Position numbers and translations under genes: made by a program
Notes under the pieces: model-generated
Database searches by the model: none
What the model was told of the DNA's origin: nothing
Seen by the model: the letters and a program-made list of their open reading frames with translations, nothing else
In this document: piece by piece, positions 31,761-41,704 of the stretch
How the letters are laid out: every line of letters begins with the position of its first letter
Numbering within the stretch: the stretch's first letter is position 1
Origin: an uncultured Gemmatimonadales bacterium
Lineage (GTDB): Bacteria > Gemmatimonadota > Gemmatimonadetes > Gemmatimonadales > GWC2-71-9
Length of the DNA stretch: 64,000 bases
NCBI GenBank assembly: GCA_963697755.1
Contig: CAVOPE010000001.1
Span: forward strand, 84,912-148,911
Direction: 5' to 3'

Positions 31761-32678
31761 CTAGCTGCCCCAGCCGAGCACGACGACGAGATCGGTGACC
31801 GCCCAGGCGCCGAGTGCACGATACATGCCGCGTTGGTGATCGGCCGGCTCCAGGACCGAGCTCCGTGCCCGCCAGGGCAGGAGCACCGCGGTCCAGGCAC
31901 CCAGTGCGACGGCGATCCCGGCCCACCGTGCGAGGTCGGCGCCCGAGAGGCGCCATCCGGCGCGCACCCCCGCCGCAGCGAACAGGGCGAACGCCACGGC
32001 GGCGGCGAGGATCGCAGCCGTCAGGCTCCGGCGCACGCCCAGCACGCACGCGAGCGTGCGATCGCCCCGCCGCGTGTCCTCCTCGAGCTGGTAGAGCTGC
32101 GTGAGCGGGTAGAGCGCCGCGAAGAGCGGGCAGAAGGCGAGCAGCACAAGACCGCGCGCGGCATCGAGCGGCTGGCCCGTGGCGGCCCATCCGGCATACG
32201 GCGTGAGGGTGCCGAAGCCCCACATGTTGATGATCCAGTCGGCTCCCGCCACGGCCTTGAGGCGGAGCGGCGGCACCGAATAGGCCAGCGACAGGACGAA
32301 GCAGATGGCGTACGCGATCGCGTACGGCGCGCCGAGCGACAGGGCGAGCAGTTGGCCGAGCGCCATCAGCGTCGCACTGAACCCGGCGAGATGGCGTGGC
32401 GGCAGCGGCGGATCGTGCAGGTAGGCGATGTCGCCCTCGTCACGATCGAAGGCACTGTTCAGGGCCAGCGTGCCGCCGTTGAGACAGACCACCCAGAGCC
32501 CGATCCCGAGCAACGCCGGCGCGAGCCGCTCGCCGGCGGCCGCGCCGGCCAACCCGACCGCGAGCAGATAACCGACCGCCGTGTGGGCGGCCATGATCGG
32601 CCATTCAGCGGGACGGAGGTGAAGGAGGTAGTCGAGCTTCCGCCCGAGCAGGCGGTAGCCCGTGTCGCGGGCGGTCAC
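31761..32678 (-). CDS. UbiA family prenyltransferase
   Basis: GTG 32678 (GTGA overlap with the coaX stop). Polytopic, with NSAFDRDEGD (NxxxDxxxD) and a second Asp-rich motif region. Confidence 0.75.
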   Translation of the reverse strand: MTARDTGYRLLGRKLDYLLHLRPAEWPIMAAHTAVGYLLAVGLAGAAAGERLAPALLGIGLWVVCLNGGTLALNSAFDRDEGDIAYLHDPPLPPRHLAGFSATLMALGQLLALSLGAPYAIAYAICFVLSLAYSVPPLRLKAVAGADWIINMWGFGTLTPYAGWAATGQPLDAARGLVLLAFCPLFAALYPLTQLYQLEEDTRRGDRTLACVLGVRRSLTAAILAAAVAFALFAAAGVRAGWRLSGADLARWAGIAVALGAWTAVLLPWRARSSVLEPADHQRGMYRALGAWAVTDLVVVLGWGS

Positions 32679-33454
32679 CAGCTCAACCCGAGATGTCCGG
32701 CCGCCAGGTGCAGCCCGCGGAGGGTGAGGTCGGGGTCCGTCTGTTCGATCGTGGCGGACAGGGGCGCCACCACGGACGCGAGACCGCCCGTGGCCACGAC
32801 CATCGGCCGGCCGCCGCCCGGCCATTCGCCTCGGATGCGGCGTACCAGGCCGTCCACCGCCTCGGCGGTGCCGAACAGCACGCCCGATTGAATGCACTCC
32901 TCCGTGCGGCGGCCAATGACGCGCTCGGGCGCGCGCAGCTCCGTGGCCGGCAGCTTGGCGGTGCGCTGGGTCAGCTGGTCCGCCGCGGTCCGGAGGCCCG
33001 GCATGATCACCCCGCCGAGAAACCGGCCGTCGGCGGTGACGCAGTCGAACGTGGTCGCGGTGCCGAAGTCGACGACGATCGTATCGGCCCGGTAGATCTC
33101 GACCGCGGCGAGCGCATTCACGATGCGGTCCGCGCCGACGCTGAGCGGCTCGTCCACATCGAGCCGCACCGGCAGCGGGGAGCGGGCATCGATCTGCACG
33201 CCGGTGCATCCGGTCGTTCGGGCGATGCCGGCGACGACCGCCTGGGTGACCGACGGCGCCACCGAGGCGAGGCACACGGCCCGCACTTCGTTGGGCGAAT
33301 TCCCCGCCCCGATCAGAAATCCACCCACCGCGCTGCCCCACTCGTCGGGCGTGCGGCCGGGATTGGTCGTGAGTCGCCAGTGCCCCTCGAGCTGGGCGCC
33401 GCGGAACAGGCCCATCGTGATCTCGGTGTTGCCGATGTCGAGGGTCAGGAGCAT
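32675..33454 (-). CDS. coaX: type III pantothenate kinase
   Basis: MLLTLDIGNTEITMGLF.., ..GADRIVNALAA.., ..VVDFGTATTFD.., 259 aa. Confidence 0.88.
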   Translation of the reverse strand: MLLTLDIGNTEITMGLFRGAQLEGHWRLTTNPGRTPDEWGSAVGGFLIGAGNSPNEVRAVCLASVAPSVTQAVVAGIARTTGCTGVQIDARSPLPVRLDVDEPLSVGADRIVNALAAVEIYRADTIVVDFGTATTFDCVTADGRFLGGVIMPGLRTAADQLTQRTAKLPATELRAPERVIGRRTEECIQSGVLFGTAEAVDGLVRRIRGEWPGGGRPMVVATGGLASVVAPLSATIEQTDPDLTLRGLHLAAGHLGLSW

Positions 33455-34190
33455 GATCGAAGATCCGCCGTGGCCGGTGTCTCCGCCAGAACAACGGTTC
33501 CGGCGCGCAGCATCGTGACGCCGCCGTCCGATCGGCGCACCCGGAGCGCGCCGTCGGCGGCGATCCCATCGGCGATGCCGGCCTCCGGCGCCGCGAGCGC
33601 GCGCCCGCCGAGCCAGTCGAGCCGGGCGAGCTCGGCCAGCTCGCTCGGGGTGAGCGAGCCGCCGACCGGGTCGATCGCTCGCACCGCGTTGATCACCGGC
33701 ACGACCAGGGCCTCGGGCGTGAGCCCCGGTCGGCTCGAGGCGAGATACGTGGCGACGGCGGCCAGCTCCTCCGGCGGGGCATTGGCCACGTTGAGGCCGA
33801 CACCGACCGTCACCCACGCCGGCATCGCACCCTGCCACCGCGCCTCACACAGGACTCCCCCGAACTTCCGCTCGCCCAGCATGAGGTCGTTGGGCCACTT
33901 GAGGCGAAGCGCCCCACCGACCCCGAGGCGCTCCAACACCGCCGGCCACCACCAAGCCGACCCGGAGGCTCAACAGCTCGAGTCCCGCCTCCGCGGGCCG
34001 GGCGAGCACACTCAGCCAGAGCCCGCCCCGGCGGCGAGGACCAGGTCCGACCCCGCGACCCACGCCCCGACTCCTGGACCGCCGCCACGACCGCGGTTCC
34101 CGCCGGCGCGCCGGCCTGCGCCAGCTCGTGGAGCGCGTCCATGGTGGACCCGACGCGCGCGAGGCGGACGATCTCCGGCGCGCCGGTCAC
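33445..34190 (-). CDS. birA: biotin--[acetyl-CoA-carboxylase] ligase; two frame breaks (about 34025 and 33940)
   Basis: Three consecutive frames carry the protein: ..VAAVQESGRGSRGRTWSSPPG, then GGLWLSVLARPAEAGLELLSLRVGLVVAG, then VLERLGVGGALRLKWPNDLMLGERKFGGVLCE... GTGA overlap with the uppP stop. Confidence 0.8.
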
Positions 34191-34987
34191 CTGAGCAAGA
34201 GCAGGAGAAGCGCGCCGAGGGCGATCCGGTACCAGGCGAAGACCGCGAAGCTATGCCGGGAGACGTACCCCAGGAACGCCTTGACGACGATGATCGCCGA
34301 GACGAACGCCACCAGAAAGCCGACGCCGAAGGCCGGCGCGTCCGCCGCGCTGAGAGCGCCCCGGCTCTTGATGAGGTCGTAGAGCGTCGCGGCGAACATG
34401 ACGGGAATGGAGAGGAAGAACGAGAACTCGGTCGCCGCGCGGCGGGAGAGTCCCAGCGCGTAGCCACCCATGATGGTCGCGCCCGACCGGGAGGTTCCCG
34501 GAACCAGCGAGAGCACCTGGGCCAGACCGATGCCGAGCGCGGTCGGAGGCTGCACATCGTCCACGGTCGGAACCCGCTCCTGCGGGTGAAGCCGCTCGAT
34601 CAGCAGGATCAGCAGTCCGCCGACGACGAGCGCCACCGCGACCACCGTGGGCGTGAAGAGCCGCGCCTTGATCCAGTCGTGCGCCAGGAACCCGACGACC
34701 GCGGCCGGCAGGAAGGCGATCACGAGGTTGAGGAGGAACCGGCGGCTCTCCGGACGTGCTCCCGCTTCCACGAGCACGCGCACGAGCCGCGCCCGGTAGA
34801 GCCACACGATGGCCAGGATGGCGCCGAGCTGGATGAAGATGTCGAACGTCTTGGCCGTCTCGTCCGCCTCGCCCAGCCAATGGCTGGCGAGAATGAGGTG
34901 GCCCGTGGACGACACCGGGATGAACTCCGTCACCCCCTCCAGCAGGCCGAGGATCGCGGCCCTGGCGAGCACCTCAGACGCCAGCAC
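34187..34987 (-). CDS. uppP: undecaprenyl-diphosphate phosphatase
   Basis: 266 aa, ..LEGVTEFIPVSSTGHLIL.., ..PGTSRSGATI.. (BacA/UppP motifs). Confidence 0.9.
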   Translation of the reverse strand: MLASEVLARAAILGLLEGVTEFIPVSSTGHLILASHWLGEADETAKTFDIFIQLGAILAIVWLYRARLVRVLVEAGARPESRRFLLNLVIAFLPAAVVGFLAHDWIKARLFTPTVVAVALVVGGLLILLIERLHPQERVPTVDDVQPPTALGIGLAQVLSLVPGTSRSGATIMGGYALGLSRRAATEFSFFLSIPVMFAATLYDLIKSRGALSAADAPAFGVGFLVAFVSAIIVVKAFLGYVSRHSFAVFAWYRIALGALLLLLLR

Positions 34988-36107
34988 GTACGACCTCCTC
35001 GTAGAGCGCCTCGTACATGGGCACGATCCGGTCGGCGGAGAACTCCTGCGCCTTGGCGATGGCGGCCTCGCGCATCGCGGCGAATCGGACGGGGTCGCGC
35101 AGGAGCTCGACCGCGCGCCGGCCCATGGCCTCCACCGAGCCCACCGGCTCGAGGATGCCGTTCACGCCGTCGTCCACGACCTCGGGCAACCCGCCCGCGC
35201 GGCTTGCCACCACCGGCGAGCCGCAGGCCATCGCTTCGAGCGCGGCCAGCCCGAACGACTCCGTCTGCGAGGGCAGGACAAAGAGGTCGCTCGCCTGGAG
35301 CAGCGACGCCACGGAGTCCAGCCGACCGAGGAAACGCACATCCCCGGCAACGCCCAGCTCGCGAGCCTCGTTCTCGGCGTCGACCCGTTCGGGACCGTCG
35401 CCCACCATGACCAGGATCGCGGGCATCGCCCGGCGGATCCGTGCGAACACCCGCACGACATCCTTCACCCGCTTCACCTCACGGAAGTTGGAGACGTGGG
35501 TGATCACCTTGGTGCCCTCGGGCGCGAGGCTGCTCCGCGCCGCCGGCGGGGCCGGCCGGTACTCGCTCAGATTGACGAAGTTGGGGATCACCCGCACGTC
35601 GCAGCTGACGCAGCCGAACGCCCGGTAGGTCTCGTCTCGGAGGTACGTGGAGACGGCCGTCACCTCGTCGCTCTGCTCGATCGAGAACTTGGTGATGGCG
35701 TAGAAGCTCGACTCCTGGCCCACCAGCGTGATGTCCGTCCCGTGCAGGGTGGTGATCACGCGGAGTTGGCGCTCGCCCTTGAGCATCTCGCGCGCGAGGT
35801 ACGCGGTGGTCGCGTGCGGGATCGCGTAGTGGACGTGCAGGATCTCGAGACCTTCGCGGAGCACCACCTCGTGCTGCTTGGAGGCGAGGGCCAGGGTATA
35901 GGGGAAGTGGTCGAAAAGCGGATAGCGACCCATCCGAGTCTCGACCTGGTGGAAATAGATCCGCTCGGTGTAGCCGTGCAGTCGGAACGGCGAGTCGTAG
36001 GTGATGAAGTGCACCTCGTGCCCGCGCCGGGCGAGCTCGAGGCCCAGCTCGGTCGCGACGGCACCGGAGCCGCCATAGGTGGGATAGCAGGTGATGCCGA
36101 TCTTCAT
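34974..36107 (-). CDS. bshA: GT4 glycosyltransferase, BshA-like (N-acetyl-alpha-D-glucosaminyl L-malate synthase)
   Basis: ATG 36107 (ATGA overlap). MKIGITCYPTYGGSGAVATELGLELARRGHEVHFITYDSPFRL.. closely resembles the BshA N-terminus as I recall it. 377 aa. Confidence 0.7.
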   Translation of the reverse strand: MKIGITCYPTYGGSGAVATELGLELARRGHEVHFITYDSPFRLHGYTERIYFHQVETRMGRYPLFDHFPYTLALASKQHEVVLREGLEILHVHYAIPHATTAYLAREMLKGERQLRVITTLHGTDITLVGQESSFYAITKFSIEQSDEVTAVSTYLRDETYRAFGCVSCDVRVIPNFVNLSEYRPAPPAARSSLAPEGTKVITHVSNFREVKRVKDVVRVFARIRRAMPAILVMVGDGPERVDAENEARELGVAGDVRFLGRLDSVASLLQASDLFVLPSQTESFGLAALEAMACGSPVVASRAGGLPEVVDDGVNGILEPVGSVEAMGRRAVELLRDPVRFAAMREAAIAKAQEFSADRIVPMYEALYEEVVRAGV

Positions 36108-37027
36108 GCGCCGCCCTTGGTCCAGGCCTCCGCGATCTCCGCCGCGAGCCGCTCGGGAGGCCGGGTCGCGTCGAGCGTGAGGACCGCACCCGTCAATTGG
36201 TGACGGAACCAGGTCTGCTGTCGCTTGGCGTACTGTCGGGTGCTCACGGTGATCGCCGCGGCGACCGTATCGCGCGCCCGCTCGCCATGCAGGTATTCCA
36301 CCGCCTCCCGCACGCCGATCCCGTCCAGCCCGGCCGCCGTGGGTGCGTGGCCTTCGGCAAGCACTGAGGCGACCTCCTCGATCAGCCCGCGCTTCACCAT
36401 CTCCTCGGCGCGCCGCGCGATCCGCTGGTGCAGTACCGGCCGCGGCACGGTCAGCACAATGTACCACGGGACCAGAGCCGCTTGCGCGCGCGCCGCCGCT
36501 TGCCAGTAGGAGAGCGGTCGGCCCGTCAGCAGCGCGACCTCGATGGCGCGGGCGGCGCGCTGTCGCCCACCGCCGCGGAAGCCGGGATCGAGCCGACCGG
36601 CCCACCGGAGCAGCTCGAGCGGCTCGAGCCGCGCGGTGAATGCGTCGAGCGAACGGCGGCGCGCGGCATCGAGCGGCGGCTCCTGAAACAGCCCGTCCGC
36701 GAGCGCACGGATGTAGAGTCCCGTGCCGCCGACCACCACGGGCAGCCGGCCGCGGCCCCGGACGTCGGCCAGCCAGTGCACGGCGTCCCGCGCGTAGTGG
36801 CCCGCGCTGTACCGTGTGCCCGGGTCGATGAGATCGAGCCCGTGGTGGACGACCCGTGCGCGCTCCTTCCGGGTCGGCTTCGCGGTCCCGATGTCCAGCC
36901 GGCGATAGATCTGGCGCGAGTCGGCGGAGACGATCTCGAGCGGCCAGTGGTCGGCGAGCGCGAGGCCCACCGCGGTCTTGCCGACGGCGGTGGGCCCCAC
37001 CACGACCGGGATCCTACCGCCGCCCAA
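36104..37027 (-). CDS. miaA: tRNA dimethylallyltransferase
   Basis: ..IPVVVGPTAVGKTAVGLALA.., ..EIVSADSRQIYRRLDIGTAKP... Start proposed at TTG 37027, overlapping the mutL end. Confidence 0.85.
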   Translation of the reverse strand: MGGGRIPVVVGPTAVGKTAVGLALADHWPLEIVSADSRQIYRRLDIGTAKPTRKERARVVHHGLDLIDPGTRYSAGHYARDAVHWLADVRGRGRLPVVVGGTGLYIRALADGLFQEPPLDAARRRSLDAFTARLEPLELLRWAGRLDPGFRGGGRQRAARAIEVALLTGRPLSYWQAAARAQAALVPWYIVLTVPRPVLHQRIARRAEEMVKRGLIEEVASVLAEGHAPTAAGLDGIGVREAVEYLHGERARDTVAAAITVSTRQYAKRQQTWFRHQLTGAVLTLDATRPPERLAAEIAEAWTKGGA

Positions 37028-38717
37028 ACCGTCGCTCCAGCTCCTCCCGCGGCAACTGCACGATCGTCGAGCGCCCGTGCACGTCGTGCGGCGGGAGCTC
37101 CGTGGCGAACAGGCGGAGCAGCAGCTCCCGCATCTCGCGCGGCTCCAACCGTTGCCCTGCCTTGATGGCGGCACGGCAGGCGTACGTCGCGGCGAATCGC
37201 TCCAGCCGGTTGGCCCACCCGCCGAACCGGCCCCGGGCGAGGTCGGCCACGAGCTCGCGGAAGCACGCGCCGGCATCGAACCGGGCATGCGGCGAAGGCA
37301 CCGCGTGGATCACCGCCGTCCGGCCGCCGAAGGCCTCCGCCTCGAAGCCGACCTGACGCAATTGCTCGCCGTGCTGCTCGACCGCATCGAGCTCCTCGTC
37401 CGTGAGCTCGAGCGTGAGTGGAAGTAGCAGCCGCTGCGCGGGCGCGTCGGCGCCGGTGAGCTGGGCGAGTACCGCCTCGTACAGGACCCGCTCGTGCGCC
37501 GAGTGCTGGTCGACGATGACGATCCCCTCGGGCGCTTCATAGACGATGTACGTCTCGAACATCTGCACGAGCGGCGCCTGGAAGCCGCCGGGGTCGGCGA
37601 CGTCCGGGCCCGCCGGGGCGGCGGCCTCGAAGGGCGCGAACAGCTCGTCGGCAAACTCAACCGAGCTCGGCAGGACGGAGGCAGGCACCGACACCGGCAG
37701 CGGTCGCCAGTCCCCGACCGGCGCCGCCGCGAGGAGCGCGCCGAGCGCGTGGCGGACCGCCTCTTCGACCACGCGCTCGACGCCGATGCGGTCGCGGAAC
37801 CGCACTTCCAGCTTCGCCGGATGGACGTTCACGTCCACATCGCCGGGGGCCGTCTCGATCCGCAGATAAATCGAAGGCCGATCGCCGGGATGAATGGCCG
37901 ACCGGTAGCCGGCCTCGGCCGCGCGCACGAGAAACGGATCCTTGAACGGCCGCCCGTTCACGAACAGCTGGGTCCGGCGACCGGTCGGCTGGGCGTCCCC
38001 TGGACGCTGCACGAAACCGGCGACCTGGAACCCGCCCGCGGCGTACCCGACCGGGATGAGCGTCCCGGCGAGCTCGCGGCCCCAGACGCCCGCCAGCCGA
38101 TCCTCGGCCGACTGGTCCGGAGGCACCACGAGGCGCGGCGTTCCATCCACCTCGAGCTCGAACCCCACGTCGGGATGGGCCAGCGCGAGCGTCGCCACCG
38201 CCTCGTGCGCCGCACGGGTCTCGCTCGCGGCAGAGCGAAGAAACTTCCGGCGGGCCGGCGTATTGAAGAACAGGGCACGCACCGTGATCGTCGTGCCTCG
38301 CTGCCGCACCGCGTCCGCGACCCGGTCGAGACGCCCCCCGGTCACGGTCAGCTCGGTGCCGCCCTCACCGTCGGTGGTGGCGAGCCCGAACCGTGAGACC
38401 GACGCGATCGCTGGAAGCGCCTCCCCCCGAAAGCCGAACGTGGCCACCCCGACGAGATCGGCGGCGCTTCGCACCTTGCTGGTCGCGTGGCGGTCGAGGG
38501 CGAGCACGGCATCCTCGCGGCCCATGCCGGTCCCGTCGTCGCTCACCTGCACGAGGGTCTTGCCCCCGTTCTCCAGCAGGATGCGCACGTGACGCGCCTC
38601 CGCGTCGAGCGCGTTCTCGACCAGCTCCTTCACCACGGAAGCGGGGCGCTCGACGACTTCGCCGGCGGCGATCTGATCGGCGACGGCGTCGGGCAGGATG
38701 GCGATGCGGCGAGACAT
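37014..38717 (-). CDS. mutL: DNA mismatch repair protein MutL
   Basis: 567 aa, MSRRIAILPDAVADQIAAGEVVERPASVVKELVENALDA.. (GHKL ATPase). Confidence 0.92.
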   Translation of the reverse strand: MSRRIAILPDAVADQIAAGEVVERPASVVKELVENALDAEARHVRILLENGGKTLVQVSDDGTGMGREDAVLALDRHATSKVRSAADLVGVATFGFRGEALPAIASVSRFGLATTDGEGGTELTVTGGRLDRVADAVRQRGTTITVRALFFNTPARRKFLRSAASETRAAHEAVATLALAHPDVGFELEVDGTPRLVVPPDQSAEDRLAGVWGRELAGTLIPVGYAAGGFQVAGFVQRPGDAQPTGRRTQLFVNGRPFKDPFLVRAAEAGYRSAIHPGDRPSIYLRIETAPGDVDVNVHPAKLEVRFRDRIGVERVVEEAVRHALGALLAAAPVGDWRPLPVSVPASVLPSSVEFADELFAPFEAAAPAGPDVADPGGFQAPLVQMFETYIVYEAPEGIVIVDQHSAHERVLYEAVLAQLTGADAPAQRLLLPLTLELTDEELDAVEQHGEQLRQVGFEAEAFGGRTAVIHAVPSPHARFDAGACFRELVADLARGRFGGWANRLERFAATYACRAAIKAGQRLEPREMRELLLRLFATELPPHDVHGRSTIVQLPREELERRFGRR

Positions 38718-38726
38718 GGCGAGAAT

Positions 38727-39420
38727 CTAGCCGCCGACGGCGGCGACCGCCGCGTCCGGCACCCACCCCTCGCGGTCCCCGGCGGCGCGCACCAGCACCC
38801 AGCCCGTTGCGTGTCCGACGATGCGCACCGCGCTGCCGCTCTCGACCGGACCCAGCGCGGGGGCGCGGCCGTGCGGCGAGAGCCGAAGGGTGACCGGATC
38901 GAGCACGATCGCCAGTGGTCGCCGATACCAGGCCCGAAGCGCGAGTCCGCTTCCGACTGCGACCGCGGCGAAGACGAGCAGCACCAGCCAACGATCCCGG
39001 ATGCGCGGGCGCAGCGCCCACCCGATCCAGCCCACGATCCAGCCGAACGCGCCCACGACCAACAGCTCGTCGGGCGTCACGGGGGGCGACCAGGTCCATC
39101 GAGCCGACGCGGCATCCGTGGACGGCGTCAGCGCCAGTGCGCGGCGCACCGATGGTTGTCGCGGATCCAGCCGGCGCGCCCGCAGCCAGGCCGCTTCCGC
39201 GCGCCCGGGGGCCCCGAGGCGATAGTACGTCGCGCCCAGGTTGTACCAGTGCCCCGCCACGGCGGGCTCGGCAGCCGCCCGACGCGCGAATCCCTCCGCG
39301 GCCGCCCGGAGCGCGCCGGATTCGTACAGCTGCTCGGGCGCGGGTTCTGGGCCCCCGTCCTTCCGGCGAGCGCGACCACGAACAGGGCGAGAAGCGCCCC
39401 CCGCGCGCGCGACCCCCGAA
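38727..39420 (-). CDS. batE: BatE-like TPR/SH3 membrane protein; upstream boundary approximate; frame broken near 39342
   Basis: ORF 38727-39260 has a TPR (HWYNLGATYYRLGAPGRAEAAW), two TM helices and an SH3-like end (AVRIVGHATGWVLVRAAGDREGWV). The same frame extends upstream to ..PAPEQLYESGALRAAAEGF. The signal-like ALLALFVVALAGRTGAQN lies in the batD frame. Confidence 0.6.
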
Positions 39421-41070
39421 GCGAGCCGCCGAGCCGGCGGACGACGTCCTGCGCCTCGGCGGCGAGGGCGGCGTCATCCGCCGCCGCAGCGTCCCGTCCG
39501 TAGCGCCGCGCCAGCAACCGCTCGCGAACGGCGCTCACGCGCGCCGCGAGCTCTGCGTCGGCGCCCGCGGCCCGCACGGCGGACGTGAGCGCCGCGCCGA
39601 AGCGTCGGTCCGGATCGGGCGCCAGACTCTGGACCAGCTGGTCGAGCGCCGCTTCGGCGCTCCGTAGATCGCTCCTGGGCAACCCGGGCGCCTTGCGACG
39701 GCGGCGCGGGCGCGCCGGCAGCCGGCCGCGTGCCGTCGCCAGCACGGGCGGGAGGGCGAGCAGCACGATCCAGATCCAGTCAGGAATTCGGTGCGCGAGC
39801 ATCCAGGCGAGCGCGGGCCGGTCCTGCCCGACGAGGGCGGGCGGCAGCGCGGCGGCCGCGGCGGATTCCCCACGCGCCGCCACCGGCACCGACATGGGGG
39901 CCACGGCGAGCTCGGCGTACCGGGCGGCGGCGAGATCGAAGTACGCGTAGTGGACGCCGGGCAGCGCGAGCGCCCCGGCGGAATCCGGCACCACGAGATA
40001 GCGGAAGGTCTTGGTTCCGCCGACCTGCCCCTCGGTCGTCCGCACATGCTCGTCCACTCGCTCGAGATAGGCCCGCACACCCGCCGGCCACCGCACGTCG
40101 GGATTCGGCCAGAGCGCGGTATTGCCCAGGCCGGTCAGCCGAAGCTCGACGGCCAGCCCCTCACCCACGCTGGCGGTCGCGGGATCGATCTGGCGCTCGA
40201 GCGTGAGCCCGGAGGCGATCGCGCCGGCGAACCCGGCCGGCCGGCCGGCGGCGGGCAGCGGGTGTACGGCCAGCGTCTCGGCGCGACTCGACAGCGCGAA
40301 CCGCTCCTCCTGACTGAAGAACTGGAGCGCGACCGGCGTGCTGTACTTGAGCGTCGCCCGCGGCACGCTGACGGTGCCCGGTACCAGGGGGAAGACGACC
40401 TGGTGGGAGACGAACAGGTCGTACCAGCGGCCCCTGATGTTGCGCGTCGCGGCGATGCCGGTCGGCGTCGTCTGGGGAAGCTCCATACGCCGTCGATCAC
40501 CGGCGGCTGCAAGGTGGGCGGGCGACGGAGCTGCTGGCGCAGGTCGCGCGGGAACCAGGCCGCGGTCACCACGTCCACCTGCTCGCCCACCCGCACGCTG
40601 TCGGGCGACACCAGCAGATCCACGGCGGGTTGCCCGGGCGGTGGCGGCGTGGCGTGATCGACCATGCGCCGGAGCCGTGGGCTCAGCGTCGAGGCGGTCG
40701 CGGCCCGGTTCGCCGCCACGTCGACGATGACGGCCCCGGCCTCGACCGTGTCCGCCCCCTGGACCGCCCTCGCCGGACCGAGCGGCCAATGGCCCTGCCG
40801 GACGGCGCGGAGGCGGATCTCGAGCACCGTCGTCCGAATGGGCCCGGCCGCGAAGCCGACCTCGGTGCGCTCGCTGCGCTCGACGATCTCGAGCCCGGTG
40901 AACGGCGGCAGCGTCACCTGCATGGGCACTGGTGAGTGGCTCACTGCCCGCAGCGTGTAGGTGACCTCTTCACCGACGGACACACGGTCCTCGTCCACCG
41001 ACGCCTCGAGCTGGGGCCGCTCGGCCTGAAGCGCGGCCACCAGCGCCAGCACCGCCAGCGTGCCGGTCAC
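39421..41070 (-). CDS. batD: BatD-like protein; downstream boundary approximate (no stop before batE); frame broken in the C4 run 40474-40477
   Basis: GTG 41070 (GTGA overlap). The N-terminal frame runs ..VTYTLRAVSHSPVPMQVTLPPFTGLEIV.. up to ..VIDGVWSFP. The next frame continues QTTPTGIAATRNIRGRWYDLFVSHQVVFPL.., with a late TM helix WIWIVLLALPPVL. Confidence 0.65.
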
Positions 41071-41687
41071 CAGTCCTTCACTCCCCCGGCGGAGCCGCTC
41101 TCCATCCGGCGCTGCTGCTCTTCCCGGGTCAAGCGCTCCCGCCGCTCCATGGAGTTGAGGATCTGCTCGGCCTGGCTCCGGCTCAGATCCTTCGTCTCGG
41201 GCTGTGAGGGCTTGGGCTGCGGCGCCTGAGAGCCGCCGGTGGGCGGCGGCGTGGCGCCGCCCCCGCTCTGCGGCGGTGGTGGCGGGCGCCGTCGCTCCGC
41301 GAGCTCCAGGTTCCACTTGGCCCGCGCGGACGTCGGCTGGAGGAGCAGCGCTTGCCGGAGGCGATCGGCCGCATCATCCAAGAGCTCGTCGGCCCGCGCG
41401 GTGTCGGCGCGCGCGGCGAGCAGTCCCACCAGCCCAAGATTGTAGAGCGCGCGGTACCGCAGGTCGGGATCGAGCGATTTCGCCGCCTCGGCGAGCGCGC
41501 CGCGCGCGACCTCCAGGCGGCCGGCCTGCAGCGCCGCGGTGCCCGCGTTGTAGAACGCCGTGTCCTTCGCGCGACCGGCACCCGCCTCCTTGAGGAATTC
41601 CGCGGCTGCCCGGCTCGGATCGCCGGCCGCGAGCGCCCGTCCGCCGGCGGTGGGCCGTTGGGCATCGAGTGGGCGGATGAGCAGCAC
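41067..41687 (-). CDS. batC: BatC-like TPR protein
   Basis: 206 aa from GTG 41687. TPR-like repeats and a Pro/Gln-rich tail. A possible longer form starts at CTG 41708 and adds a TM segment (IGLAGLVLLI). Confidence 0.7.
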   Translation of the reverse strand: MLLIRPLDAQRPTAGGRALAAGDPSRAAAEFLKEAGAGRAKDTAFYNAGTAALQAGRLEVARGALAEAAKSLDPDLRYRALYNLGLVGLLAARADTARADELLDDAADRLRQALLLQPTSARAKWNLELAERRRPPPPPQSGGGATPPPTGGSQAPQPKPSQPETKDLSRSQAEQILNSMERRERLTREEQQRRMESGSAGGVKDW

Positions 41688-41704
41688 CAGGCCCGCCAGC
41701 CCGA

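Noticed and set aside
32693-35410. 905-aa plus-strand ORF
   Set aside because: It is antisense to coaX, birA, uppP and bshA, and the same compositional artefact applies.
36108-36605. Long N-terminal extensions of ORF-track entries (for example 34974-36605 for bshA, 51247-52920 for pyrC, 29373-30779 for NlpC/P60, 31761-33569 for UbiA)
   Set aside because: The extensions overlap the upstream conserved gene and are Arg/Gly/Pro-rich. Internal starts give normal protein lengths and form ATGA/GTGA junctions or have SD sequences.
38365-39477. ATG at 39477 in an ATGA context as the batE start (370-aa ORF)
   Set aside because: Its frame is Pro/Arg/Ser/Gly-rich without the signal peptide, TPR or SH3 features, which lie in other frames. 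I keep it only as a pointer to an unresolved batD/batE junction.
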